41,989 bases of DNA, taken from a virus (Duplodnaviria > Heunggongvirae > Uroviricota > Caudoviricetes). The DNA is taken from IMG/VR virus record IMGVR_UViG_2778261105_000011. One strand, 5' to 3'. Position numbers and translations under genes: made by a program. This document shows, in pieces, positions 8,125-16,468 of the stretch (position 1 is the stretch's first letter; every line of letters starts with the position of its first letter). The notes beneath the pieces are model-generated. The model did not search any database. It had not been told where the DNA came from and saw only the letters and a program-made list of their open reading frames with translations.

Positions 8125-8748
8125 CTATGCGGCCTCGGAAGGAAGTCCAATCATCTTATTCAAATCTTCTACCCGTAAAGCAGGAAGTGCTGTACTTGCT
8201 TTATCTGCTTCTTTTGGTAGCAATTCTTTGCTTTCAGGCCAAACCTCAATAAGTCGCTTAACTGTTGTGACTGAGTTCAAAGCAGCCCATACATTTGATT
8301 CGATATCCTTTTTCTTGGCTTCAAGTTTTTGTTGCAATGCGCAGATTTCATCAAACCTTTTTGTTATTTCGTGTTCTGCGCTAAACATGCATTTATCTTC
8401 GTTCGGAGTAGGGAGCAATATATCTTCGCCGTTGCCGTCTTTCCCATATGAAAGCCATCCAACCCTTCTGCCAGATACAGTCAGATAAATTGAAATAGAA
8501 CGAACATCGTATGAGTAAAATGAACATCCCATCTTTCCAAGTTCTTCACTTATAGCTACCAACTTGGATGATAACTGATCCACTTCCTCAGTTTTCTTTT
8601 TACCGCCAAACGCAATAACTCTGGCGTCAAGTGCAAGCTGGTTCTTTAACTTTGTTACTTCTTCAAGTTCAGTGAAAACCCCAGACTTAATTAAAGCGTT
8701 ACGAGCGATTTCCTCTTTCATTCTCGTAGTTAAGCGGATTGATGACAT
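8125..8748 (-). CDS. Hypothetical protein (207 aa), first gene of cassette immediately downstream of N
   Basis: ATG at 8748 preceded by GAGAGGAA; track ORF 8125..8808 is an extension that would overlap N. No recognised domain. Confidence 0.5.
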   Translation of the reverse strand: MSSIRLTTRMKEEIARNALIKSGVFTELEEVTKLKNQLALDARVIAFGGKKKTEEVDQLSSKLVAISEELGKMGCSFYSYDVRSISIYLTVSGRRVGWLSYGKDGNGEDILLPTPNEDKCMFSAEHEITKRFDEICALQQKLEAKKKDIESNVWAALNSVTTVKRLIEVWPESKELLPKEADKASTALPALRVEDLNKMIGLPSEAA

Positions 8749-8759
8749 ATTAATTCCTC

Positions 8760-9059
8760 TCAAATAAGTGGTTTGCTGCCTAATTTCATTTTCTGGCGAC
8801 CAACACAAGTCACACCCATTTCACTGCGTGGCTTGCGGTAGTAAATACGATTCTGTTTACGCTCGACTTCTTCTGCCTTCTTGCAGCGAAGGCTTCCGAG
8901 TGATGCTGCTTTATCTGCTCTGACGCAACCAGAGAGCTTTAGCGCAATCTTTCGCGCCAGTCGCTGCTCTTGCATTGCCTGTTCACGTTGAGCCTGTCTG
9001 CGTGCTCTGCGGCGATTTCTGGCGTTATCGTCAGCCAGATATGTAATGACTACTGTCAT
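8760..9059 (-). CDS. N: N-type transcription antitermination protein
   Basis: C-terminus ...RIYYRKPRSEMGVTCVGRQKMKLGSKPLI parallels lambda N ...RTWYSKPGERGITCSGRQKIKGKSIPLI; N-terminal arginine-rich motif NARNRRRARRQAQ; ATG at 9059 with AGGAGG Shine-Dalgarno. Track ORF 8760..9131 is over-extended. Confidence 0.8.
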   Translation of the reverse strand: MTVVITYLADDNARNRRRARRQAQREQAMQEQRLARKIALKLSGCVRADKAASLGSLRCKKAEEVERKQNRIYYRKPRSEMGVTCVGRQKMKLGSKPLI

Positions 9060-9099
9060 GTTGACCTCCTGGAAGGTACACATCCTTGTGTGTCGATGA

Positions 9100-9219
9100 T
9101 TATTTGTTTTTGCGTTCCCACATCCAGTCATCTACTTCAGACCAGATAGTGAAACCGAAGCAGATGGCGAATGTGGTAACTAAACCACCGAGAATTGGGT
9201 TGGTCATGATGTCTAACAT
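9100..9219 (-). CDS. Small hydrophobic peptide (39 aa, one predicted transmembrane helix) between nutL and N
   Basis: ORF MLDIMTNPILGGLVTTFAICFGFTIWSEVDDWMWERKNK; ATG at 9219 preceded by GAGGA at 7 nt; not in the supplied track. Confidence 0.35.
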   Translation of the reverse strand: MLDIMTNPILGGLVTTFAICFGFTIWSEVDDWMWERKNK

Positions 9220-9389
9220 TTTCTGTTCCTCAGATGATTAGCTTTGGTGGTGTGGTAGGTGGGAGACCCATTTCGCCCCGCTTCGTCCGACTTCAATTCG
9301 GCAATAGTCCCGCATGCCTCGCCGCTTTACGTGCGGCATATTCCCGTCCATGAACCCTTCACCACACCCCAAAGCCAACTACTCTTTGG

Positions 9390-9431
9390 TTCCCGCATTT
9401 CGGCGGGACAATCCCATCAATGTTAAAGAGC
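9390..9431 (-). promoter_or_regulatory. nutL site: boxA-like GCTCTTTAAC followed by boxB hairpin CCCGC-CGAAAU-GCGGG
   Basis: The same 19 nt boxB sequence occurs in the opposite orientation at nutR (10546-10565); boxA resembles the CGCTCTTTA consensus. Confidence 0.6.
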
Positions 9432-9469
9432 CTGCCAATCTGTTCCGTTTGGCTACCAGCGTCCTGCTG

Positions 9470-9560
9470 ATGGCTTAAATTTAAGATCTCTTTAATTAAT
9501 GGTCAAGAGTATTTTTGAAGAAAACTTAAATTTTCTTTCGTAACTTAAGTTTGGCTTTGA
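9470..9560 (-). promoter_or_regulatory. pL / OL operator region
   Basis: Several TTAAG/CTTAA-containing operator-like half-site repeats similar to those in the OR region; located between nutL and the 3' end of the repressor gene. Confidence 0.45.
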
Positions 9561-9573
9561 TTTTTAAAGGAAA

Positions 9574-9598
9574 TAAAAAAAAGGGGCGAATGCCCCCT
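9574..9598 (-). terminator. Rho-independent terminator immediately after the repressor gene (GGGGGC-ATTC-GCCCC then T8)
   Basis: Read from the reverse complement of 9574-9598. Confidence 0.6.
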
Positions 9599-10248
9599 TA
9601 TGGAAGGTTTGCTAGTTTTGCATCGACAACTACGCCGATGATTTTGCAGTTTCCGTTGATCTCGATCATCGGATATTGTGGGTTAAGTGGTTTTAGAAAC
9701 TTCCTGCCTGCATCAATAACTAACTTCTTGAAAGTTGCCTCGTTTTCTCCTTCGAGCTTTGCAACTACCAGTTTCCCGTTACGCGGCTCTACTTCAGGAT
9801 CGACAAGTATTATCATTCCTTCAGGGATACTGAGACCGGCCGGAGCCGTCATTGAGTCTCCCTTCACGTCCAACCAAAACGAATCTTCTGAACAGTCTAC
9901 GGTTGTATCGTACCAGTTATCTATTGCACGCTTATGATATGGTTCTACAGCTTCCATCCAGCATCCTGCGCTCACCCAGCTAATCAGAGGGAATGACCCT
10001 CTTGGATCATGCCTACTGTGATAGGCAATGTTTGAAAGACTTTCCTCTCCTTTCATCAGATAGTCAGGGGAACACTTCAACGCATTAGCCAGGGCGAGAA
10101 GATTCTCTCCATTTGGCTCTGTCTCAGAGCGTTCCCACTGAGATATGGCAACATTAGACACGCCGACCATCTTTCCAAGTGCGGCCTGCCTGATCTTGAG
10201 TTCTTTTCTCCGAGCGCGAATGCGCTCTCCCATCAATTGAGTTTTCAT
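9598..10248 (-). CDS. c2: P22 c2-type immunity repressor (HTH N-terminal domain, LexA-like S24 peptidase C-terminal domain)
   Basis: 216 aa translation is near-identical over its length to remembered P22 C2 (...GERIRARRK.LKIRQAALGKMVGVSNVAISQWERSETEPNGENLLAL...); no Shine-Dalgarno before the ATG, consistent with a leaderless pRM transcript. Confidence 0.95.
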   Translation of the reverse strand: MKTQLMGERIRARRKELKIRQAALGKMVGVSNVAISQWERSETEPNGENLLALANALKCSPDYLMKGEESLSNIAYHSRHDPRGSFPLISWVSAGCWMEAVEPYHKRAIDNWYDTTVDCSEDSFWLDVKGDSMTAPAGLSIPEGMIILVDPEVEPRNGKLVVAKLEGENEATFKKLVIDAGRKFLKPLNPQYPMIEINGNCKIIGVVVDAKLANLP

Positions 10249-10250
10249 AG

Positions 10251-10314
10251 TTAAGACATCTTAAATAAACTTGACTTAAGATTCCTTTAGTGGATAATTT
10301 AAGTGTTCTTTAAT
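10251..10314. promoter_or_regulatory. OR operator region with pR (TTGACT 10271-10276, GATAAT 10293-10298) and divergent pRM
   Basis: Three 14-18 bp partially palindromic sites of the TTAAGA...TCTTAA type between the repressor and cro genes. Confidence 0.7.
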
Positions 10315-10328
10315 TTCGGAGCGAGTCT

Positions 10329-10514
10329 ATGTACAAGAAAGATGTTATCGACCACTTCGGAACCCAGCGTGCTGTAGCTAAAGCGTTAGGCATTAGCGAC
10401 GCAGCAGTCTCTCAGTGGAAGGAAGTCATCCCAGAGAAAGACGCCTATCGACTGGAAGTCGTTACAGCTGGCGCCCTGAAGTATCAAGAAAGCGCTTACC
10501 GCAAAGCGGCATAA
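10329..10514 (+). CDS. cro: Cro repressor (P22 Cro)
   Basis: 61 aa translation MYKKDVIDHFGTQRAVAKALGISDAAVSQWKEVIPEKDAYRLE... matches remembered P22 Cro almost exactly. Confidence 0.95.
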   Translation: MYKKDVIDHFGTQRAVAKALGISDAAVSQWKEVIPEKDAYRLEVVTAGALKYQESAYRKAA

Positions 10515-10520
10515 GCAAAT

Positions 10521-10565
10521 TGCTCTTTAACAGTCATGGTCCTCATTCCCGCCGAAATGCGGGAA
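10521..10565 (+). promoter_or_regulatory. nutR site: boxA TGCTCTTTAACA and boxB hairpin CCCGC-CGAAAU-GCGGG
   Basis: Identical boxB to nutL in the opposite orientation; positioned between cro and cII as in lambda and P22. Confidence 0.6.
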
Positions 10566-10622
10566 TACAACGCGCATAAGTTGATGCGCATAACTTCTTA
10601 TTTGCTAAGGAAATACTTACAT

Positions 10623-10901
10623 ATGGAACTTACAAGTACTCGCAAGAAAGCGAATGCAATTACAAGCAACATCCTGAATCGAATTGCTGTACGTGGTCAG
10701 CGAAAGGTTGCTGATGCATTAGGGATCAATGAATCGCAAATTTCGCGATGGAAAGACAGCTTTATCCCAAAGATGTCCATGCTTCTGGCTGTACTGGAGT
10801 GGGGTGTTGAAGACGAGGAGTTGGCGGAACTGGCTAAGAAAGTAGCCAGAATGCTGACAAAAGAAAAAGCCCCGAAGAACGGCGAATTCTTCGAGGCCTG
10901 A
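10623..10901 (+). CDS. c1: CII-type transcriptional activator (P22 c1)
   Basis: ...ITSNILNRIAVRGQRKVADALGINESQISRWKDSFIPKMSMLLAVLEWGV... matches the lambda CII / P22 C1 family; start moved to the internal ATG at 10623 because the track ORF 10536 start would include nutR boxB. Confidence 0.85.
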   Translation: MELTSTRKKANAITSNILNRIAVRGQRKVADALGINESQISRWKDSFIPKMSMLLAVLEWGVEDEELAELAKKVARMLTKEKAPKNGEFFEA

Positions 10902-10935
10902 TGTAGAAAGACTGGATCAATCCACAGGAGTAATT

Positions 10936-11097
10936 ATGACAAAACGTCGTAAGAAATACCAGGAAAAAGAAGAGATTCGACACCCTGATTCACCTGAGGG
11001 ATTAGTGGTAGCCGCAGCAAATAACAGGGCGTTCGCAGAGCGCCTTGTTGGTGTTTACAGACTAGCCAAAGCAGGAGTGAAACATGGGCGTCGTTAA
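10936..11097 (+). CDS. Small basic ORF (53 aa) between cII and the replication initiator gene
   Basis: ATG preceded by AGGAG; overlaps the upstream start of the O-like ORF by 14 nt; not in the supplied track. Confidence 0.25.
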   Translation: MTKRRKKYQEKEEIRHPDSPEGLVVAAANNRAFAERLVGVYRLAKAGVKHGRR

Positions 11098-11974
11098 GTT
11101 AGCTGATTACAGGCATAACCCTGTACAACATCAGGAGGCATCCAGTATGGGGTATGTCTCTATACACCGCCAGTTTATGGACAGCAGGCTCTATAAGGAC
11201 TCTCAGGCAGTACATCTTTGGCTTCACTTAATCCTCAAGGCTAATCACGAATCTACTGTCGTCAATACGGATATCGGTCCGATAACTGTTGATCGCGGTC
11301 AGATGATAACTGGACGCCCGTCGCTGGTCAGAGAAACATTCATCCCCGACAACAAAGTTCGGAGCTTATTACGGACTTTTGAGTCGAAAGGTATGCTTAA
11401 TATTTGCTCGATGGGGAAGAAATTTAGCCTGTTTACAATCGTTAAATATGACGATTTTCAGGCAAAAAATTGTCCAACGGTTGTCCAACGGTTGTCCAAC
11501 GCAAACACCAGTAATGGCGCGGCTCTCAGCGGAGATTGTCCAACGGTTGTCCAACGGTTGTCCATAAACAATAATATAAATAATATCTCTAATACTGACG
11601 TATTAGAGAGTGCCACAGCAGACAAAAAGTCTGACAAGAAAAAACCTTCCGTTAGCTGTCAGGATGTTGTCGATGCTTACCACGAAATCCTTCCTGAAGC
11701 GCCAAGAATCCGCGCACTGAATGACAAGCGTAAAAACCAGATCCGAACGTTCTGGCGCAAAGCCGGAGTGATAACCCGACAGCTTGACGGGCATGGTTTC
11801 ACGATGCAGGACTGGAGAAATTATTTGAGCTACGTAGGCGAAAATTGCCGATGGATGTTCGAAGAGCGTCCAAACCATCAACGCGGAACCGTCTGGCACA
11901 AAAAGGGATTTGATTTCCTGCTTAACGATAATACCTACCTGAAAGTTCGTGAGGGTGAACACGATGACCGATAA
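11084..11974 (+). CDS. Replication initiator (lambda O / P22 gene 18 type) containing the origin iterons
   Basis: Gene position immediately upstream of the DnaB-like helicase; iteron repeats and AT-rich tract inside the coding sequence; AGGAG Shine-Dalgarno before ATG 11084 (an alternative start at 11147 with AGGAGG is also possible). Confidence 0.8.
   Translation: MGVVKLADYRHNPVQHQEASSMGYVSIHRQFMDSRLYKDSQAVHLWLHLILKANHESTVVNTDIGPITVDRGQMITGRPSLVRETFIPDNKVRSLLRTFESKGMLNICSMGKKFSLFTIVKYDDFQAKNCPTVVQRLSNANTSNGAALSGDCPTVVQRLSINNNINNISNTDVLESATADKKSDKKKPSVSCQDVVDAYHEILPEAPRIRALNDKRKNQIRTFWRKAGVITRQLDGHGFTMQDWRNYLSYVGENCRWMFEERPNHQRGTVWHKKGFDFLLNDNTYLKVREGEHDDR
11470..11600. repeat. Replication origin: five to six direct 11 bp iterons (TTGTCCAACGG) in two clusters (11470-11502, 11536-11566) followed by an AT-rich tract
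   Basis: Direct reading; classic lambdoid ori architecture embedded in the initiator gene. Confidence 0.8.
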
Positions 11975-13400
11975 TTTTTATGCGCCGCCCCATAGCATCG
12001 AGGCAGAGCAGGCGGTGATTGGTGGATTGCTTCTGGATGATGACAGCAGTGAGCGCGTCCGGAAAGTTCTGGCGATGCTGAAGCCTGATTCATTTTACAG
12101 CCGACCACACAAAATCCTTTTCGAAGAAATAACCAGAATGCACCGGGAGCAAAAGCCAGTAGATGGGCTGACGCTTTTCGATGAACTGGAGCGTAAATCG
12201 TTAACGGCGTCTGTTGGCGGTTTTGCTTATATCGCTGAGATCGCAAAGAACACGCCAAGCGCAGCAAACATCGTTGCCTATGCAATGCAGGTTCGTGAAA
12301 CCGCAATGGAACGCTACGCCATCAACCGCATGACTGAAGCGACGGAATTGCTCTATTCCCGCAACGGAATGACTGCGACGCAGAAGTACGAAGCTATTCA
12401 GTCGATTTTCACGCAACTGACAGATCATGCAAAAACCGGATCGCGTCGCGGCCTTCGTTCATTTGGTGAGGTCATGGAAGACTGGGTTAGCGACCTTGAG
12501 AAGCGATTTGACCCATCAGGCGAACAACGGGGAATGAGCACAGGGATCCCATCGCTGGACAGGATGCTGTCACCGAAAGGTCTGGTGAAAGGCTCTCTGT
12601 TTGTCATTGGCGCTCGCCCTAAGATGGGGAAAACGACGCTATACAGCCAGATGGCAATCAACTGCGCAGTGCATGAGAAAAAGCCCGCTCTGATGTTCAG
12701 CCTTGAAATGCCCGGTGACCAGATACTGGAAAAACTGGTAGGACAGAAGTCAGGTGTTAACCCGAATATTTTTTACCTTCCGGCGACAAATGACGCTGAT
12801 GACGGCTATCAGGGTGATTACGATGGTGACTTCAACAGGGCGATCGAAACAGCTAATCGCTTGAGTGAAATCGACATGCTTTACATCGACGACACGCCGG
12901 GATTATCTCTGGCTCAAATCGTCAGCGAAAGCCGTCGAATCAAGCGAGAAAAAGGATGTGTTGGCATGATTCTGGTCGATTACCTGACACTAATGACCGC
13001 TGAGAAGGCCGATCGCAACGACCTTGCTTACGGCATGATCACCAAAGGACTGAAGAACCTTGCCAAAGAGCTTGATTGCGTTGTTGTGCTTCTGACACAG
13101 CTTAACCGCGCACTGGAAAGCCGAACCAATAAACGCCCATTACCAAGTGACTCACGAGATACAGGGCAGATTGAACAGGATTGCGATTATTGGGTTGGGA
13201 TCCATCGTGAAGGCGCTTTTGATGACAGTGTTCCACCTGGTGAAACCGAACTAATCCTTCGTCTCAATCGTCATGGCAATACCGGCACGGTGTATTGCAT
13301 TCAGGCAAATGGCGCTATTTATGACACAGACCAACAGTCTGCTGAAATGCGCCGACGTGAACGCGAGGAACCGCAGTCCAAGAAGAAAGGAGGATTCTGA
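11964..13400 (+). CDS. DnaB-family replicative helicase (P22 gene 12 type)
   Basis: N-terminal ...PPHSIEAEQAVIGGLLLD... DnaB N-domain signature, Walker A GARPKMGKTT, and DnaB-like C-terminal motifs; start taken at ATG 11964 (the track start 11949 is GTG). Confidence 0.9.
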   Translation: MTDNFYAPPHSIEAEQAVIGGLLLDDDSSERVRKVLAMLKPDSFYSRPHKILFEEITRMHREQKPVDGLTLFDELERKSLTASVGGFAYIAEIAKNTPSAANIVAYAMQVRETAMERYAINRMTEATELLYSRNGMTATQKYEAIQSIFTQLTDHAKTGSRRGLRSFGEVMEDWVSDLEKRFDPSGEQRGMSTGIPSLDRMLSPKGLVKGSLFVIGARPKMGKTTLYSQMAINCAVHEKKPALMFSLEMPGDQILEKLVGQKSGVNPNIFYLPATNDADDGYQGDYDGDFNRAIETANRLSEIDMLYIDDTPGLSLAQIVSESRRIKREKGCVGMILVDYLTLMTAEKADRNDLAYGMITKGLKNLAKELDCVVVLLTQLNRALESRTNKRPLPSDSRDTGQIEQDCDYWVGIHREGAFDDSVPPGETELILRLNRHGNTGTVYCIQANGAIYDTDQQSAEMRRREREEPQSKKKGGF

Positions 13401-13430
13401 TGACCATCTACATCACTGAGCTAATAACAG

Positions 13431-13457
13431 GCCTGCTGGTAATCGCAGGCCTTTTTA
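13431..13457 (+). terminator. Rho-independent terminator downstream of the helicase gene (GCCTGC-loop-GCAGGC then T-run)
   Basis: Read directly. Confidence 0.55.
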
Positions 13458-13476
13458 TTTGGGGGAGAGGGAAGTC

Positions 13477-13917
13477 ATGAAAAAACTAACCTTTGAAATT
13501 CGATCTCCAGCACATCAGCAAAACGCTATTCACGCGGTACAGCAAATCCTTCCAGACCCAACCAAACCAATCGTAGTAACCATTCAGGAACGCAACCGCA
13601 GCTTAGACCAAAACAGGAAGCTTTGGGCTTGCCTTGGTGACGTCTCTCGTCAGGTTGAATGGCATGGTCGCTGGCTGGATGCAGAAAGCTGGAAGTGTGT
13701 GTTTACCGCAGCATTAAAGCAGCAGGATGTTGTTCCTAACCTTGCCGGGAATGGCTTTGTGGTAATAGGCCAGTCAACCAGCAGGATGCGTGTAAGCGAA
13801 TTTGCGGAGCTATTAGAGCTTATACAGGCATTCGGTACAGAGCGTGGCGTTAAGTGGTCAGACGAAGCGCGACTGGCTCTGGAGTGGAAAGCAAGATGGG
13901 GAGACAAGGCTGCATGA
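13477..13917 (+). CDS. ninB: NinB (Orf-family recombination mediator)
   Basis: 146 aa translation matches remembered lambda NinB nearly end to end. Confidence 0.9.
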   Translation: MKKLTFEIRSPAHQQNAIHAVQQILPDPTKPIVVTIQERNRSLDQNRKLWACLGDVSRQVEWHGRWLDAESWKCVFTAALKQQDVVPNLAGNGFVVIGQSTSRMRVSEFAELLELIQAFGTERGVKWSDEARLALEWKARWGDKAA

Positions 13918-14759
13918 TAAATGTCGTTAGTTTCTCCGGTGGCAGGACGTCAGCATATTTGCTCTGGCTAATGGAGCAAAAGCGACAGGCTGGTGAAGAC
14001 GTGCATTACGTTTTCATGGATACAGGGGCAGAGCACCCTAAAACATATGAGTTCATCCGAAATATCGTCAGTAACTGGAAAATAGACTTACATTGCCTTC
14101 GTGTAATACCTAATCCAGAAATGGGGAAGGCCAGTAGTTATGAAGAGATAGGTGTCACTGATATTGGTCCAGATCTTATACCGTGGAAAAGGATGTTGAA
14201 TAAATACGGACATCCATATATCGGCGGTGCGTTCTGTACCGACAGAATGAAGTCTGTTCCATTCACCAAATATTGTCAGGAAAAGTTTGGGAAAGGAAAT
14301 TACATCACATGGCTTGGCATTCGCACAGATGAACCAAACAGGCTCAAAAGGGCTAATGGTTTTAGGTACTTGGCTGATATAAGCGATTTTGAAAAACAGG
14401 ATGTGCTTGATTGGTGGAGTGAGCAGAAGTTTGATCTTGGCATACAGGAGCATCTTGGTAATTGTGTTTTCTGTATAAAAAAAAGTATGCAAAAGGTTGC
14501 GCTGGCAGCCATGGATGAGCCAGAACTTGCAGATGCATTTATCAACATCCTTGATACAGAAATAAAAACAGGAAAGGAACCGGTTATGTATCGAGGGAAT
14601 AATACACTTAAATCACTGATTGCCTTGTTTAGTGATATATCAAGAGATGAGTTAGCCTCAAGAATGACATCAATGCGACAGTATGATTCAGGTTCGTGTT
14701 CTGAATCATGTGAAGCATTTTCATGTCAGCTTGGATTTAATTTTGAGGATGCGACATGA
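13914..14759 (+). CDS. ninC: NinC (PAPS-reductase-like fold protein)
   Basis: [24 protein letters not shown]... matches lambda NinC; ATGA overlap with the ninB stop. Confidence 0.85.
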   Translation: MINVVSFSGGRTSAYLLWLMEQKRQAGEDVHYVFMDTGAEHPKTYEFIRNIVSNWKIDLHCLRVIPNPEMGKASSYEEIGVTDIGPDLIPWKRMLNKYGHPYIGGAFCTDRMKSVPFTKYCQEKFGKGNYITWLGIRTDEPNRLKRANGFRYLADISDFEKQDVLDWWSEQKFDLGIQEHLGNCVFCIKKSMQKVALAAMDEPELADAFINILDTEIKTGKEPVMYRGNNTLKSLIALFSDISRDELASRMTSMRQYDSGSCSESCEAFSCQLGFNFEDAT

Positions 14760-14932
14760 GACGACAGCGACGAAGTATCACCGACATAATCTGCGAAAAC
14801 TGCAAATACCTTCCAACGAAACGCTCCAGAAATAAACGCAAGCCAATCCCAAAAGAATCTGACGTAAAAACCTTCAACTACACGGCTCACCTGTGGGATA
14901 TCCGGTGGCTAAGACATCGTGCGAGGAAATGA
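14756..14932 (+). CDS. ninD: NinD
   Basis: 58 aa [23 protein letters not shown]... matches lambda NinD; not in the supplied track. Confidence 0.75.
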   Translation: MRRQRRSITDIICENCKYLPTKRSRNKRKPIPKESDVKTFNYTAHLWDIRWLRHRARK

Positions 14933-15294
14933 CAATGGATTATTCACAGTTAAGTGATTTTGAAATTAACAAGCGAGTGGCAATTTGCTGTGGATTTACT
15001 CCCGAAGATTGCGAAATCGCAAAGTTGGGAACATCAATCGTTGGTGTTGAGTGGGATGACGAAACTGGTTATGCAATAAAAACGGTTGATTACTGTAAAA
15101 GCCCATCAGACGCAGAGCCGATTATCGTAGAGAACAGAATTGGCATTATTCCAGCGCCAGAAAATGGATTATGGAAGGCAGCGCATAGAAAAGTTGGCAG
15201 TGATAGTACCCCATATCATATGACTCAAGATGAAAACCCACTCCGCGCCGCCATGATTGTCTTTCTCATGATGCAGGACGCCAATAATGCTTAG
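14929..15294 (+). CDS. NinX-like hypothetical protein
   Basis: ATG overlapping the ninD stop (ATGA), GAGGA Shine-Dalgarno; track ORF 14893..15294 is the extended form. Confidence 0.5.
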   Translation: MTMDYSQLSDFEINKRVAICCGFTPEDCEIAKLGTSIVGVEWDDETGYAIKTVDYCKSPSDAEPIIVENRIGIIPAPENGLWKAAHRKVGSDSTPYHMTQDENPLRAAMIVFLMMQDANNA

Positions 15295-15463
15295 CCCATC
15301 CCAATCCCTTCAATACCAGAAAGAAAGCGTCGAGCGAGCTTTAACGTGCGCTAACTGCGGTCAGAAGCTGCATGTTCTGGAAGTTCACGTGTGCTCCGAT
15401 TGCTGCGCAGAGCTTATGAGCGATCCGAATAGCTCAATGTACGAGGAAGAAGACGATGAATGA
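15287..15463 (+). CDS. ninF: NinF
   Basis: 58 aa with C..C...C..CC zinc-ribbon-like pattern, as in lambda NinF; not in the supplied track. Confidence 0.65.
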   Translation: MLSPSQSLQYQKESVERALTCANCGQKLHVLEVHVCSDCCAELMSDPNSSMYEEEDDE

Positions 15464-16178
15464 GTTAATAAATGGCAATGCCATCAAAATGACAAGCATT
15501 GAAATCGCTGAGTTGGTTGGTAAGCGTCATGACAATGTGAAACGTACCATCGAAACGCTGGCTAAAAATGGTGTTATCCGGCTTCCTCAAATTGAGGTTT
15601 CCGAAAGAATCAATAACTTAGGGTTCAATGTTCAGTACGAGCATTACGTTTTCGAAGGCGAACAAGGTAAGCGAGACAGTATTGTCGTTGTTGCCCAGTT
15701 GTCGCCGGAATTCACCGCTCGCCTTGTTGACCGCTGGCGAGAGCTTGAAGAAGCTGCGGTTAATATCCCCAAAACGCTACCAGAAGCGTTGCGCCTTGCT
15801 GCTGATCTTGCTGAGCAGAAAATGCAACTGGAAAACCAGCTCGCAATTGCCGCACCTAAAGTTGAGTTTGCCGATCGCGTTGGCGAGGCCAGCGGAATTT
15901 TGATTGGAAACTTTGCAAAGGTTGTCGGTATTGGTCCAAACAAACTGTTTGCGTGGATGCGCGATCACAAAATCCTTATTGCTTCAGGTTCCCGGCGCAA
16001 TGTGCCAATGCAGGAATATATGGATCGCGGCTATTTCACAGTGAAAGAAACAGCGTTCAACACAAATCACGGAATACAGATATCGTTCACCACAAAAATC
16101 ACCGGGCGTGGTCAACAGTGGCTGACCAGAAGGCTGCTCTATAGCGGAATGCTGAAAGTAACAGGGGAGGCTGCTTAA
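15456..16178 (+). CDS. Rha-family phage regulatory protein with C-terminal antirepressor (KilAC/Ant-like) domain
   Basis: N-terminal ...TSIEIAELVGKRHDNVKRTIETL... Rha-type motif; C-terminal region resembles the Ant C-terminal domain. Inserted in the nin region. Confidence 0.55.
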   Translation: MNELINGNAIKMTSIEIAELVGKRHDNVKRTIETLAKNGVIRLPQIEVSERINNLGFNVQYEHYVFEGEQGKRDSIVVVAQLSPEFTARLVDRWRELEEAAVNIPKTLPEALRLAADLAEQKMQLENQLAIAAPKVEFADRVGEASGILIGNFAKVVGIGPNKLFAWMRDHKILIASGSRRNVPMQEYMDRGYFTVKETAFNTNHGIQISFTTKITGRGQQWLTRRLLYSGMLKVTGEAA

Positions 16179-16468
16179 TGGCTAAACTACGCAAAGAAGC
16201 GCGCGGCAGAGAATGCCAGGTACGTATTTACGGCGTATGCAATGGTAATCCTGAAACTACAGTTCTGGCACATTACCGGATGGCTGGAATTTGCGGAACG
16301 GGAATGAAGCCTGACGACCTGATCGGCGCATGGGCTTGTAGCGCGTGTCACGATGAAATCGACCGACGCACCCATAATCTCGACAACAAAGACGCCAGAC
16401 TTTACCACCTCGAAGGCGTGATCAGGACGCAGGCGATACTACTGAAGGAGGGGAAGATTAAGCCATGA
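16178..16468 (+). CDS. YbcO-like protein (DUF1364, putative zinc-binding nuclease)
   Basis: 96 aa with Cys/His-rich pattern resembling DLP12 YbcO; located directly upstream of rusA as in DLP12. Confidence 0.55.
   Translation: MAKLRKEARGRECQVRIYGVCNGNPETTVLAHYRMAGICGTGMKPDDLIGAWACSACHDEIDRRTHNLDNKDARLYHLEGVIRTQAILLKEGKIKP

Noticed and set aside
11369-11567. Short direct repeats and two small ORFs (11369..11554 minus, 11379..11567 plus) that could suggest a CRISPR-like array or extra genes
   Set aside because: The repeats are 11 bp iterons without unique spacers, lying inside the replication initiator gene as in lambdoid origins; the small ORFs are artefacts of the repeat.
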